This document shows positions 49,571 to 64,000 of a stretch of DNA of 64,000 nt, piece by piece (the first letter of the stretch is position 1; every line of letters starts with the position of its first letter). Origin of the DNA: Tubulanus polymorphus (Eukaryota > Animalia > Nemertea). Below the pieces are notes generated by a model. It did no database searches. It was not told the DNA's origin and worked only from the letters and a program-made list of their open reading frames with translations. Position numbers and translations under genes: made by a program. The stretch lies in NCBI RefSeq assembly GCF_964204645.1, contig NC_134036.1:5610600-5674599 (forward strand), written 5' to 3'.

Positions 49571-52373
49571 AATACTTACATAAACAACTATCTGCGCTTC
49601 ATTTTGTTATTCAAATGACAATGAAGGTGTATTAAACTGAATCACATTGAATGATTTCCTCCGCCTCCAGTGTAGAATTGTTTAAAGATACTATTCGACT
49701 GTTCTGGATGCGAGTTTTTTTCCACTCAGCCCTTGAGTTTGCCTTTGCAGAGTTTCTAGCAAAGGACTTGTCCATGCATTGGCAATGCGCGTCGAATATT
49801 ATATCTAAAACTGTTTGACGTGATTGAATTGACATGGAGATAACAAGAAAATTAATTTTTAATAAATTTTCTAACGCCTGCGAAAAAAATGTAGAATTTT
49901 TGGGATAGGCTAACGTGGGATTGCAAATTTGAAATCGAAGTTCTAAGACATTTGGGGAATGACGAGATTTAGCGACAGGGTAGCAGGTCGACCGCCACTA
50001 GATCCTCTTGAGTCAGGGTTGAAGTACACATTGTCATTTGAAATAGCAAGGGCTTGTTTATGTTATGCTGTATGAATTACGCATATTTTTAGTATGTTGT
50101 GTTTCCTTATTTCAATTGTAACTTTATTGCATTTGGGAATCTTATATGTAATGTTCAACATAAGGATCAATAAAGAATTGAATAGAATTGTCACCTGAAA
50201 CACATGCCATCGGAGGACGCGGAGCCGTAGGCGTAAGGCGTCAAAAAATGACTCTTAAAGGACATAACGTTCAGCTTTTTGCAAACACTTGTCTTTACGT
50301 ACTCTACTTTATTCGACAAAGCCTTAGTCCTAATACGAAACGCAGTTCGGATGATACAGTGATTAACAAGAAATACATTATATGCGGAGTAGTACAGTTC
50401 ATACCACTCCAAGGGGTATTATATCTGTTTCAGTAGATATTGCTTTGATGTTTGAATATCGTAGTTAGTTTTTTGCTAGGTCATTTGCAGTTAAGGAAAC
50501 GCGTAAGTGTGGACTTTTCCTAATTCGAAACAAATGCAACTAGACATTTTTACCAGTCATCGTCTCTTTAAACCTAATAAATCTTCGCAGGTTTTGTATA
50601 TTTCATGTATCTCCGATGCCCAACACACTGAATCTTTTTTTTTAAATTCCGAGATCTAATGGCTAGATAAATATTTAGCACTCCCCTAACTTTGTAAGTA
50701 GGTTGTACGGAAACGTCCTGGGGACATATCTATTTAGTTAATTTTTTGAGGAACATTCAGAGTGTTGTAACTCGGAATTAACTGGTTTTCTTAGTTCGAA
50801 ACGATTTTTTAAGGTTAATTCCGACCTACAAACTTGAAATAAACTAGTTTTCGAAAAAATCTCGAAAAATCGTGAATTAAAATTAGTGAATGAAAACTAA
50901 CGCCACAACGGAGAAAAATATCTATTTCACTATCGGAACAACGAGATGCTCTGATATTCAAATTCGAACACAAACTGATGGAAATAACTGCCTTTACCTT
51001 TTGGTTCATCTTCCATTTCTGTCGATGTGAGTAGCCGTTGTCCCTGTCGAGAGAGCCCGATTACTGTACTACGTATTGCAACGGCATTGCTTCACTTTTC
51101 TTCTTTTTCGGTCGGTACCTGGATAGTAATAGCAAAAATACGATCTTAGACATTTATGTGTGCTATTTGTTACGGGGAACGTGCCAAAGCCGTAGCTTAC
51201 TAAAGCAAAGTTAAATTCTACTCTATAAAGTTGAATCATTAAACTGACTTTTTTGGGATATGGGTCAAACAGCCAGAGTTCAGCAGTTTTGAGAAAAAAG
51301 AGTCACACGGCGGAGTCTAATCATTGTAAATCCACCGTTTTTTTTTTTACTGCGACACATTTCTATCGTCAGTAGAGCTGGGTTCCAAAGCGATTTAACG
51401 TACTCAACTGAATGGTTAAAGAAATTCAATCCATTTCCAACCTATTTTTGTGAAACCGGGCCCAGGGCAGTTTTCAAAACTTCATCCGAAAGTAATAAGG
51501 TCAATTCTGAATATTAGATATTTAAAAACTTCATATCTATATGTCTCGAGGGGTGGGGGTTAGTAAAGTATTAGGTGGAGTTAGTTTCTCAAGACGTTTA
51601 AAAAAAAACGATTAAAAATAAAAATAACCGGATGCGCTCTGCTTCATTGATTGGAGGTTTGAGATTTCGTTGCTTTTGTCGAAAGTATTGGAAATAAAAT
51701 GTAACAAAATAAGCTCAATTCTAGGGTCAGACTTGGATGGAATCTGATTCTTCGGGTCGGTTTTGTGGATCGGTGTGAAATTTAGCCGGGGGGGGGGTTA
51801 ATTCAAGCGGTGTATAGTTGAGTGAAGCCTGACAACTCAGGCTTTTACCACATTCAGATCATTCCCTATTTGAACATTTCTAGACACATTAGCTAACGTC
51901 TAAGAACTTCTCAATCATTCGTGGACATTATGACCTAGCTATTGCCAGTGCGTTACTAGTCGAGATGATGTGTTCTATACACACACGCAATACATCGGCA
52001 AGCATATTTATATATCACACGAAGAGCTAATATTAAAAAAACAGCTTAACGTAAAGAAAATGATTGGAACATTTTAAAAATATAATTGGACATGGATATT
52101 AACGACGCGTGGTGAAATTAAACGGGCAATTCTCGCTCGGCGATGGTAATTACTGGGATTTTAAACGATTATATATCAGAGCGAAAACTACTGGAAAAGC
52201 GAATGAAAATCCATTTGAAAAAATTGGATTTCAAACGTTGCTGAGCGAAGCAAATAATTCATTTCGTGTAAGAAATCTAAAATTCTGCAACATTTATGAA
52301 TAGAATTTGAAGGCGTGTGGACAACAGGGCAGAATTTAGGTAGGGTAGGAATTTCGTTCATTCTGTTGCAGTG

Positions 52374-55300
52374 ATGTTGTTCGGTATGGAGCAGCGACTG
52401 AGAGCGCTGTTTATAGCGTCGCTGATCGTCTGTCAAGTTCGCATCGCGCGCGCTCATCGCGCAGACTCTATCGAGGAATGGTCTGTGACGGTAAATTCGT
52501 CTTGTAACAGTACGTGGTACCCGCTAGATTCTACGTCCGGTTACATCGTTTCACCGAATTACCCTTCGTTAACGCGCGGTGTTGAATGTCGTTGGATCGT
52601 CAACGGCTCTTTGCCGGGAACTTTTCACATCCAAGTTTACCACGAGATCGAGCTGTCAATATTCTGTGGTGATAACTACCTTCTCGTCCACGAGTCTGAT
52701 ATCAGGTTGTGCGGTGATGGAAAACATGAATTTCGCCGTAACGATTCGATCCCGTTGATGTTTAGAAGTAACGTCGACGGTGCGCGAGGTAGTCGGATTT
52801 ATATCATATATCGTTATGAACGAAGTCAATGTCGAATCACTCACAACTGTAGATACAACCCCGATTTAAAAAGACTACACTCCTCAACTGGTTATAAATT
52901 TTACATGGCCATTAATAATCGTTGCAAAGTGTTTGTGGAATGGATCGGAATATTACACGATTATGGGATGAATCTCACATTTAGTCAGATCATGTTCGAA
53001 TACAATCGAAGACCTCAATCAGCGACCATTGAAATCCTCGACAGATGGAGCAACAGCAGTAAGCCTATAGCTCTTATACGAGAACAAGCGGGTCATCCGC
53101 CTTCATCGTTTTATACTAAAACAAATTATGCAATCATCTTTCCGACACTAAAATACATTCCACTTAAATGTAAGCTTTTAGTACAGTTGTACAAAATATC
53201 AGATTGGAATGTCTCTAATCCGTTGATTCAGATCTCTAATAACGAGTCGGGAGTGCTCATTCCCGATGATAACAGTTTACACGTAATAACTCGATCGAAA
53301 CACTTACACTGCTGGTCTATCACAGTGCAGGTGTTACAGTACGTCGTCTTCAACTGGACACGTGACCTCGTCACATCCGGAGACGTCATCGGAGTATATA
53401 AACAAGAAGGCTTACGCGTTGTGGGAACTGATATTTTACGCGGTTACAACTACCTGGAATCACTGAGTGTTAAATCTGACGGCTTTCTCGTCATTCTGTG
53501 CGTGTTGGTGAACAGAGAACTTACGAGGTCACGAATAGAAATGAACTTTAAAGTGGGATCACTATCGATAAAAGATGTACACGTCACTTATCATTGGAAA
53601 TCGGTGAGTATAAATTCAAATGGTCGTTTGTTGGAATGAATGTTACTTGTAAATTCTAAATCTAAATATCAACTGACATCATAGATTTTATATTTACAGA
53701 TTCCAAATTTAAAATCCCGCGAGATCTTCCCGTCATCGAAGAAAACGATACCAACGTATCGCATAAATACAATAGTATTTAAAAGGAAAGTTGATATTTC
53801 TGAAGAAAATATGGAACTGACTGTTTTATCAGAGAACTGCGAGCGAGCTGGATTTTATATATTTGATGGTGGCAATTTCAAAGCTAGACGATACGGTCCG
53901 TATTGTCCTCGTTTAAAGACATACGACCGTAACGTCGTCAGTCTGATTACATCAAGTGGATCGGTTACTGTAGTAGGATACGCTTATAACTGGGATGATC
54001 AGTTAACAGTCGGTGAGAGATCATATCTCAGATTTCGTCCTACCGACTGTGACGGGGAACTTTTAAAGGAGGGAGAACGTCAGATCAATATGACGTCACA
54101 CTGTCTCGTGATTACACCCGAAAACCGACGGCTTCGCTTGAAAGTAATGTACATATTATCAGAACATGAATATCGAATTGACCGATGCTATGCTGATCAG
54201 TCGCGATCGTGTCCGTGGGGATTCAGAATAGTCAGTAAATATATCACTGACAGCATCGTGTTCACCACAGTATTCATGGGCAGTGGACGTTTGTTCCGGA
54301 CGTCTCCACTAATGGTTAAACTACGTCATAAATGTCTGGGATCGAAAAAACCTGTCGATTCATTTTTTGATTTTCAGATGGGCAAAGACCGGGCAAATTC
54401 AATTGACGATGCATGCGGACTGGTTGAATCACCGGACTACCCGGCAAGGGCACAACGTATATACTATCAACCTTCATTCTACAAATTTACAAACGTTATT
54501 GAGCGCGAACAAAAATTTTATCATTACAGATTTATAATAAAATCTATAGAATCGATCAGTTGCGAAGCAAGTCTGCTTAAAGATAACAGCCCGATACTTT
54601 TCATTCAAGAGATTGATTTTCCGGTGATAGTTATTCATCGTATCACAATATGCGGAAATATGGCAACGAATGAACTCGTATTTTATAGTTTATCTGAAAA
54701 ACATTTTTATTTTGAAATAAAATACAAAATTTCAAATACAATACGTCTTACGCCAGTCGTCAGCGATCGAGTATTCCGATGGCGTGCAATGTGATACCGG
54801 ATTTCTAGATTCGAGATTTTCATGCGTAAAATACATCAGAGATGAACGTCTGAATTGGGAGAATGCTGAATTGTACTGTAGACAGAAGTACGCGGGACAT
54901 CTACTCAGTATCAACTCAGAACAGGAAATGATTTCTATCAAAGCATTATTCGCAACAGAACTTTTACGACAGGCGTATTCACAGAAAGCGCTCATAATGA
55001 TGATTGGGTTAAAACTGCAGGTAAATAAATACAATGTATAAATGTAAATACACTTATATAACTACCGTAAATTTTTGGTTTTTTGTAATTTTGTATAAAT
55101 ATATTCATATTTTCAATCATTTCAAGCCTACAACTAGCCATTACACGTGGACTGACGGGAAACCATTGAGTTACGCAGAGTGGTATAAACCTACAAATAA
55201 CGACACGATACCAGAAGTTATTCAAGGATTGATATTTTCTATTAGAAGACAACCGATAAATGACGGGAATATGCCGTGTACGGCGATGATACTGAATAAT

Positions 55301-58300
55301 CCACGCGGATCAGCGAACTGGGTTCGATTCCCGTGTGAAGTGGTTGAAGTTCATACGGGCTTCATGTGTGAATCGAACAGAGACGATATCGATGATTTGC
55401 AGAATTCAATTGAAAATAAAACAGTTAAAACATCAGATTCATTAAACAAAGACACATATTTTATACGAAGAAATATATTGCAAGATGCGGCTTTCTACAA
55501 CTCGAGCTGTACGATTGGTTGGGTAAGCATAGATAAACAGTGCTATCAGATACTGACAGATTGGAACAAACATCGAGGTTTAGATATAAAAGCTGCAACA
55601 GAGATGTGTCATAGCATCCGTAGTGAAAAAGGCGAAATAACCGGTTACACAGAAAATGAAACAATGAACCTAATAAGAACATTTCACTATGAACATCAAT
55701 ATGGCTCTATACTGACAGTGACTAATGTCAGACTGCTCGTTATAAACCCAATAATCACTAGAGATGAAATAACTTATATTCAATCAGTTAAATGGACGAT
55801 GAAACAGTTTGATAATGCGACAGATACAGCGCATTCTGTTTTGTGTTCATACAATGTAACTGATGAAGAGTTAGCTTCTATAAGCGGTTGTAAATCGTGG
55901 CAGTTTAAATGTAACGATCAAAGATGTATCAGCGATCATCGCGTATGTGATACGAGACACGACTGTCAACACGGTGAAGATGAACTCAATTGTACGGATA
56001 TCAATTTACACAGCCAGTTTAAATGCAATGATGGTCAGATTATATCAATTAGTGGTTTCTGTGATTTCATACAGGATTGTGTGGATGGATCTGATGAGAA
56101 ATCTTGCATTCATCCCACGTGTTTGTCCGCACAATTTCGCTGTATCAGCGGGCAGTGCGTCAGTAGGACTGACAGATGTGACGGATTGACTAACTGTAAA
56201 GACGGTTCTGATGAAATGGGATGCACCACCCAACTGTGTCAGGGGTTCCTGTGTATCAATGGGGACTGTATCAGTTCTCAGTTATATCAGGATGGTGTCG
56301 TGGATTGTAGTGGAAGCCTCGAAGAAGATGAATTAGTAACAAATACTAATGTTACAGTGAATCCTACGGTTCATTGCAATGATGAAAACCACTGCACAAC
56401 TAACTTCACAAATCTCTGTACGAAATCTGATGAACAAAGATGTTCTTTTAATTCTCCTCATTGTTATTCAAGACGTCACAGATGTATTCTAGAAAGAATG
56501 TCAAATGGTTTCCCAGTTTGTAGAAATCTTGAGCACGTATTGAGATGTGAAGAATTTGAATGTCCAGCTGGTACTGTAAAATGTCCTGCATCGTACTGTA
56601 TACCGATCAGACAGGTGTGCGACGGTCAATCAGATTGTCCTAATTCGGAGGATGAACAAAATTGCGATACAATATTATGTCCCGGGATGTTTAAATGTGG
56701 TCAGGAAAATCGGTGCATTCCACAATCTGACGTTTGTGACGGTTTCAAAAATTGTAAACATACAACTGATGACGAGGCTTTCTGTAACATCACGTGTCCT
56801 ATAGGCTGTGAGTGCCAAGGTCATTTGGTCAATTGTGAAAATATTGGCTTCACAAATATTACTGGTCTTTTCTCGGCATCAACTCGAGTTTTGCTTTTGT
56901 CGAGCAACCAAATTCTTTTTAACAAGTCGACATTCCATTTACTCAACTATGTCTACGTTCTCAACATCTCCTCCAATGAATTGTTTCATATTTTACCCGA
57001 GTCGTTCTCATCCCTGCATAATTTACATACATTAGACCTTAGAAATAACAACATCCCACTCTTGTACACGGATACTTTTATCGGTTTGTATAGTTTGAAA
57101 GAGTTATTCATAACTGAAAATCCAATACGTCATTTAGCGGACGATGCATTCCAAGGATTGAACTCGCTGAATGTTCTTAATCTTCATGGATTTTCCTTAT
57201 TTTTGCTTGGTAGAAATGTATTTCGAGGTTTATCTACATTACAGTCATTGAATATCAGTAACAACGGAATCAATCATATTTCACGATATGCTTTTTCGGG
57301 ATTAAGAGAACTTAAAGTTCTCGATATGACCAAAAACTCTAAATTCATTTTCAAAGAAAGAGGCGTTTTCGACAATATGACATCATTAGTTTTCTTAGCG
57401 TCTGATGCCTACACATTTTGCTGCATGGCTCCGAATGTTGACCAATGCCTTCCCGAAGCTGATCAATTTTCCTCCTGTTCTGATCTAATGGGTAACACAG
57501 TCCTCAGAGCTATCATTTGGGTGATCGCTCCGTTCAGTTTCTTCGCAAACGGTATTGTCATTTTATTTCGTCTTCGATCAATTCGACTTTCATCCTCCGA
57601 AAAACGCAACACATCTTCTGACATCATAATTATCAATATCGCAGCTTGTGATTTTCTGATGTCGATTTATTTGTTTTTGATCGCTGGAGCTGATTACGTT
57701 TTGAAAGGAGTTTATTACCTAAATTCTGAAACTTGGACGGACAGTTCATCGTGTCGTCTGGCTGGAGTTACGGTCACTATTTCCTGTGAAGGCTCATTGA
57801 CATTTCTCTTTATTCTAACGCGTCATAGGTTCTCAAATATCGTTAATCCATTTTCTGGAAGCCCGATTACATCTCCGAGATATGTATCCATTATTTGCTG
57901 TATATGCTGGTTATCTGTTGGTACTATTTCTATAATACCACTGTCAACATTATCTTATTTCGGGAACAACTTTTACGGTACTACTGGAGTTTGTTTACCT
58001 ATGAATTTGATTTCAATCGATGTTAAAGCCTGGCAATATTCATTCGCTATTTTCGCCATGTTTAACTCAGGGATTCTTGCCGCGATAATGGCGACTTATG
58101 CGCAAATGTACAGACTCGTTTCCGGAAGCAGGTCTGGTTCGGGTAGAGTTGATCCTACCGAACTAATTTTGGCACGTCGGAGTTTGGTGATAAATCTGTG
58201 CAATCTATTTTGCTGGCTGCCGTTAATCACCGTTCAGTTTTGCGCGGTATTACGGATAGAAATACCGAATCAGGTGGCGGCTTGGCTGGCGGTTCTTTTC

Positions 58301-58405
58301 TTACCGATCAACTCGTCCCTCAATCCCCTTCTATATACAATACTGACTATCGATATGAAATCTGTACGAGCAAAAACTAAACGCGGAAATAGAATACTTA
58401 CATAA
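52374..58405 (+). pseudogene. GRL101-like receptor copy C (exons 52374-53603, 53700-55020, 55127-58405), one frameshift
   Basis: ~8-bp deletion at ~54730 relative to copy B breaks the frame; otherwise open. Confidence 0.75.
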
Positions 58406-61230
58406 ACAACTATCTGCGCTTCATTTTGTTATTCAAATGACAATGAAGGTGTATTAAACTGAATCACATTGAATGATTTCCTCCGCCTCCAGTGTAGAAT
58501 TGTTTAAAGATACTATTCGACTGTTCTAGATGCGAGTTTTTTTCCACTCAGCCCTTGAGTTTGCCTTTGCAGAGTTTCTAGCAAAGGACTTGTCCATGCA
58601 TTGGCAATGCGCGTCGAATATTATATCTAAAACTGTCTGACGTGATTGAATTGACATGGGGATAACAAGAAAATTAATTTTTGATAAATTTTTTAACGCC
58701 TGCGAAAAAAATGTAGAATTTTTGGGATAGGCTAACGTGGGATTGCAAATTTGAAATCGAAGTTCTAAGACATTTGGGGAATGATGAGATTTGGCGGCAG
58801 GGAAGCAGGTCGACCGGGCTAAATCCCGGGGCTGCCACTAGATCCTCTTGAGTAAGGGTTGAAGTACACATTGTCATTTGAAATAGCAAGGGCTTGTTTA
58901 TGTTATGCTGTATGAAATACGCATATTTTTAGTATGTTGTGTTTCCTTATTTCAATTGTAACTTTATTGCATTTGGGAATCTTATATGTAATGTTCAACA
59001 TAAGGATCAATAAAGAATTGAATTGAATTGTCAGCTGAAACACATGCCATCAGAGGACGCGGAGCCGTAGGCGTAAGGCGTCAAAAAGTGACTTTTAAAG
59101 GACATAACGTTCAGCTTTTTGCAAACACTTGTCTTTACGTACTCTACTTTATTCCACAAAGCCTTAGTACTAATACGAAACGCAATTCGGATGATACGGT
59201 GATTAACAAGAAATACATTATATGCGGAGTAGTACAGTTCATACCACTCCAAGGGGTATTATATCTGTTTCAGTAGATATTGCTTTGATGTTTGAATATC
59301 GTAGTTAGTTTTTTGCTAGGTCGTTTGCAGTTAAGGAAACGCGTAAGTGTGGACTTTTCCTAATTCGAAACGAATGCAACTAGTCATTTTTACCAGTCAA
59401 CGTCTCTTTAAAGCGAATAAATCTTCGCAGCTTTTGTATCTTTCTTGTATTTCCGATGCCCAACACACTGAATCTTTTTTTTTTAAATTCCGAGATCTAA
59501 TGGCTAGATAAATATTTAGCAACTCCCCTAACTTTGTAAATAGGTTGTACGGAAACGTCCTGGGGACATATCTATTTAGTTAATTTTTTGAGGAACATTC
59601 CGAGTGTTGTAACTCGGAATTAACTGGTTTTCTTAGTTCGAAACGATTTTTTAAGGTTAATTCCGACCTACAAACTTGAAATAAACTAGTTTTCGAAAAA
59701 ATCTCGAAAAATCGTGAATTAAAATTAGTGAATGAAAACTAACGCCACAACGGAGAAAAATATCTATTTCACTATCGGAACAACGAGATGCTCTGATATT
59801 CAAATTCGAACACAAACTGATGGAAATAACTGCCTTTACCTTTTGGTTCATCTTCCATTTCTGTCGATGTGAGTAGCCGTTGTCCCTGTCGAGAGAGCCC
59901 GATTACTGTACTACGTATTGCGACGGCATTGCTTCACTTTTCTTCTTTTTCGGTCGGTACCTGGATAGTAATAGCAAAAATACGATCTTAGACATTTATG
60001 CGTGCTATTTGTTACGGGGAACGTGCCAAAGCCGTAGCTTACTAAAGCAAAGTTAAATTCTACTCTATAAAGTTGAATCATTAAACTGACTTTTTTGGGA
60101 TATGGGTCAAACAGCCAGAGTTCAGCAGTTTTGAGAAAAAAGAGTCACACGGCGGAGTTTAATCATTGTAAATCGACCGTTTTTTTTTTTTACTGCGACA
60201 CATTTCTATCGTCAGTAGAGCTGGGTTCCAAAGCGATTTAACGTACTCAACTGAATGGTTAAAGAAATTCAATCCATTTCCAACCTATTTTTGTGAAACC
60301 GGGCCCAGGGTTTTAACGGTAATCGCAGTTTTCAAAACTTGATCCGAAATTAATAAGGTCAATTCTGAATATTAGATATTCAAAAACTTCATATCTATAT
60401 GTCTCGAGGGGTGGGGGTTAGTAAAGCATTAGGTGGAGTTAGTTTCTCAAGTCGTTTAAAAAAAACGATTAAAAATAAAAATAACCGGATGCGCTCTGCT
60501 TCATTGATTGGAGGTTTGAGATTTCGTTGCTTTTGTCGAAAGTATTGGAAATAAAATGAAACAAAATAAGCTCAATTCTAGGGTCAGACTTGGAATCTGA
60601 TTCTTCGGGTCGGTTTTGTGGATCGGTGTGAAATTTAGCCGGGGGGGGGGGTGGTTAATTCAAGCGGTGTATAGTTGAGTGAAGCCTGACAACTCAGGCT
60701 TTTACCACATTCAGATCATTCCCTAGTTGAACATTTCTAGACACATTAGCTAACGTCTAAGAACTTCTCAATCATTCGTGGACATTATGACCTAGCTATT
60801 GCCAGTGCGTTACTAGTCGAGATGATGTGTTCTATACACACACGCAGTACATCGGCAAGCATATTTATATATCACACGAAGAGCTAATATTAAAAAAACA
60901 GCTTAACGTAAAGAAAATGATTGGAACATTTTAAAAATATGATTGGACATGGATATTAACGAGGCGTGGTGAAATTAAACGGGCAATTCTCGCTCGGCGA
61001 TGGTAATTACTGGGAATTTAAACGATCATATGTCAGAGCGAAAACTACTGGAAAAGCGGATGAAAATCCATTTGAAAAAAGTGGATTTCAAATGTTGCTG
61101 AGCGAAGCAAATAATTCATTTCGTGTAAGAAATCTAGAATTCTGCAACATTTATGAATAGAATTTGACGCGTGTGGACAACAGAGCAGAATTTAGGTAGT
61201 GTAGGAATTGTGTTCATTCCGTCGCAGTTG

Positions 61231-64000
61231 ATGTTGTTCGGTATGGAGCAGCGACTGAGAGCGCTGTTTGTAGCGTCGCTGATCGTCTGTCAAGTTCGCA
61301 TCGCTCGCGCTGATCGCACAGACTCTATCGAGGAATCGTCTGTGACGGTAAATTCGTCTTGTAACAGCACGTGGTACCCGCTAGATTCTACGTCCGGTTA
61401 CATCGTTTCACCGAATTACCCGTCGTTTACGCGCGGTGTTGAATGTCGTTGGTTCGTCAACGGCTCTTTGCCGGGAACTTTTCATGTCCAAGTTTACCAC
61501 GATATCGAGCTGTCAATATTCTGTAGTGATAACTACCTTCTCGTCCACGAGTCTGATAACAGATTATGCGGTGATGGAAAACATGAAATCCGCCGTGACG
61601 ATTCGATCTCGTTGATGTTAAGGAGTAACGTCGACGGTGCGCGAGGTAGTCGGGTTTATATCATATATCGTTATGAACGGAGTCAATCTCGAATCACTCA
61701 CAACTGTAGACACAACCCTGAATTAAAAAGACTACACTCCTCAACTGGTTATAAATTTTATATGGCCATATATATTCGTTGCAAAGTGTTTGTGGAATGG
61801 ATCGGAATATCACACGATTATGGGATGAATCTCACATTTAGTCAGATCATGTTCGAATACAATCGAAGACCTCAATCAGCGACCATTGAAATCCACGACG
61901 GATGGAGCAACAGCAGTAAGCCTATAGCTCTTATACGAGAACAAGCGGGACATCCGCCTTCATCGTTTTATACTAAAACAAATAATGCATTCATCTTTCC
62001 GACACTAAAATACATTCAAATCAAATGTAAGCTTTTAGTACAGTTGTACAAATTATCGGATTGGAACGTCTCTAATCCGTTGATTCAGATCTCTAATAAC
62101 GAGTCGGGAGTGCTCATTCCCGATGACAACAGTTTACACGTAATAACTCGATCAAAACACTTACACTGCTGGTCTATCACAGTGCAAGTGTTACAGTACG
62201 TCGTCTTCAACTGGACACGTGATCTCGTCACGTCCGGTGACGTCATCGGTGTATATAAACAAGAAGGGTTACGCGTTGTAGGAACTGATATTTTACTCGG
62301 ATACAACTACCTGGAATCACTGAGTGTTAAATCTGACGGCTTTCTCGTCATTCTGTGCGTGTTGGTGAACAGAGAACTTACGAGGTCACGAATAGAAATG
62401 AACTTTAAAGTGGGATCACTATCGATAAAAGATGTACACGTCACTTATCATTGGAAATCGGTGAGTATAAATTCAAATGGTCGTTTGTTGGAATGAATGT
62501 TACTTGTAAATTCTAAATCTAAATATCAACTGACATCATAGATTTTATATTTACAGATTCCAAATTTAAAATCCCGCGAGATCTTCCCGTCATCGAAGAA
62601 AACGATACCAACGTATCGCATAAATACAATAGTATCTAAAAGGAAAGTTGATATTTCTGAAGAAAATATGGAACTGACTGTTTTATCAGAGAACTGCGAG
62701 CGAGCTGGATTTTATATATTTGATGGTGGTAATTTCAAAGCTAGACGATACGGTCCGTACTGTCCTCGTTTGAAGACATACGACCGTAACGTCGTCAGTC
62801 TGATTACATCAGGTGGATCGGTTACTGTAGTAGGATACGCTTATAACTGGGACGGTCAGTTAACAGTCGATAAGAAATCATATCTCAGATTTCGTCCTAC
62901 CGACTGTGACGGGTATGTTTTAAAGGAAGGAGAACGTCGGATCCATAAGAGGTCACGCTGTCTCGTGATTACACCCGAAAACCGACGCCTTCCTATAAGG
63001 ACCATCAATATATTATCAGATCAAGAATATCGAATTGATCGATGCTATCCTGGTCGGTTGCGATCGTGTCCGTGGAAATTAAGACTCATTAGTAAATCAC
63101 TCACTGAAAACATCGTGTTAACCACGGTGATCATGGGATTCAGTAGTTTCAGAGTTGTCCCACTTATCATAAAACTACGTCATAAATGTTTTGGATTGAA
63201 CAACCCTGTTGACACATTTTTGTATTCTGAATTCAGCAAAAATAATGTAAATTCATTTGATGATACATGCGGACTGATTGAGTCACCTAACTTTCCAGCA
63301 AGGGCAGGATACTCATCGGTGTCTTCATACTATAATTTTATAAACATAATTAAACGGGTACAAAAATTTCAATATTATAGATTTATCATCAAATCTATAG
63401 AATCGATCAGTTGCACCGAAGATGACAAAACGGAAAAAAGCCCGATACTTTTCATTCAAGAGATATTTCTGCAAAAAATTGGAACGTCCAGTCATCGTCT
63501 GAAAATTTGTGGAAATATGGCAACGAAAGGACTCGCATTTCATAGTTTAACGCATAATCATATATATTTTGAAATAAGTAATAAAATTGCTAGATTTCAA
63601 ATACAATACATTTTACGCCAGACGTTAGCGATCGAATATTCCAATGGTGATCGCTGTCAACGAGGATTTTTAGATTCGGGAATTTCGTGCGTGAAATACA
63701 TCAAAGATGAACGTCTGAATTGGGAGAATGCTGAATTGTATTGTAGACAGAAGTACGCGGTACATCTACTCAGTATCAACTCCGAACAGGAAATGATTTC
63801 TATTAAAACATTATTCGCTACAGAACTTCTGCGACAGGCCTATTCAAAGCAATTACTCATAATGATGATTGGATTAAAACAGCAGGCAAGTTTATGACTG
63901 TTTCTGTTCAAATCTACCTGATTTGTTCTACAAATATGTGCTTCTTTTTATGATTTCCAGCCTACAAAAGATGATTATTCATGGACTGATGGGAAACCAT
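61231..64000 (+). CDS. GRL101-like receptor copy D, 5' part (exons 61231-62460, 62557-63885, 63961-end of window)
   Basis: Open frames, same splice sites as copy B including the GC donor. Truncated by the window edge. Confidence 0.82.

Overview
AT-rich, intron-containing animal (probably marine invertebrate, lophotrochozoan-like) genomic DNA holding two adjacent tandem gene clusters. Left half (1-31 kb, minus strand): a family of small two-exon secreted 8-cysteine peptides (three intact, strongly divergent paralogs, one copy lacking exon 1 and promoter, plus relics) alternates with 4-exon JHAMT-like SAM-dependent methyltransferase genes (two intact, one fragment). This half includes a recent ~7 kb segmental duplication and several mobile elements: two LINE fragments, a TA-flanked MITE and a 6.4 kb long-TIR element carrying a hammerhead-ribozyme-like motif. 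Right half (33.7-64 kb, plus strand): four tandem ~9 kb copies of a three-exon ~1,945-aa GRL101/RXFP-like LGR receptor with an elaborate ectodomain (signal-CUB/CUB-like-C-type lectin-LDLa x~7-LRR-7TM). One copy is intact, two are frameshifted, one runs off the window, and the copies are mosaics of each other. The most novel element is the hypervariable Cys-ladder peptide family, one member of which is absent from the ORF track. All coordinates and translations were read by eye; no database searches were run.
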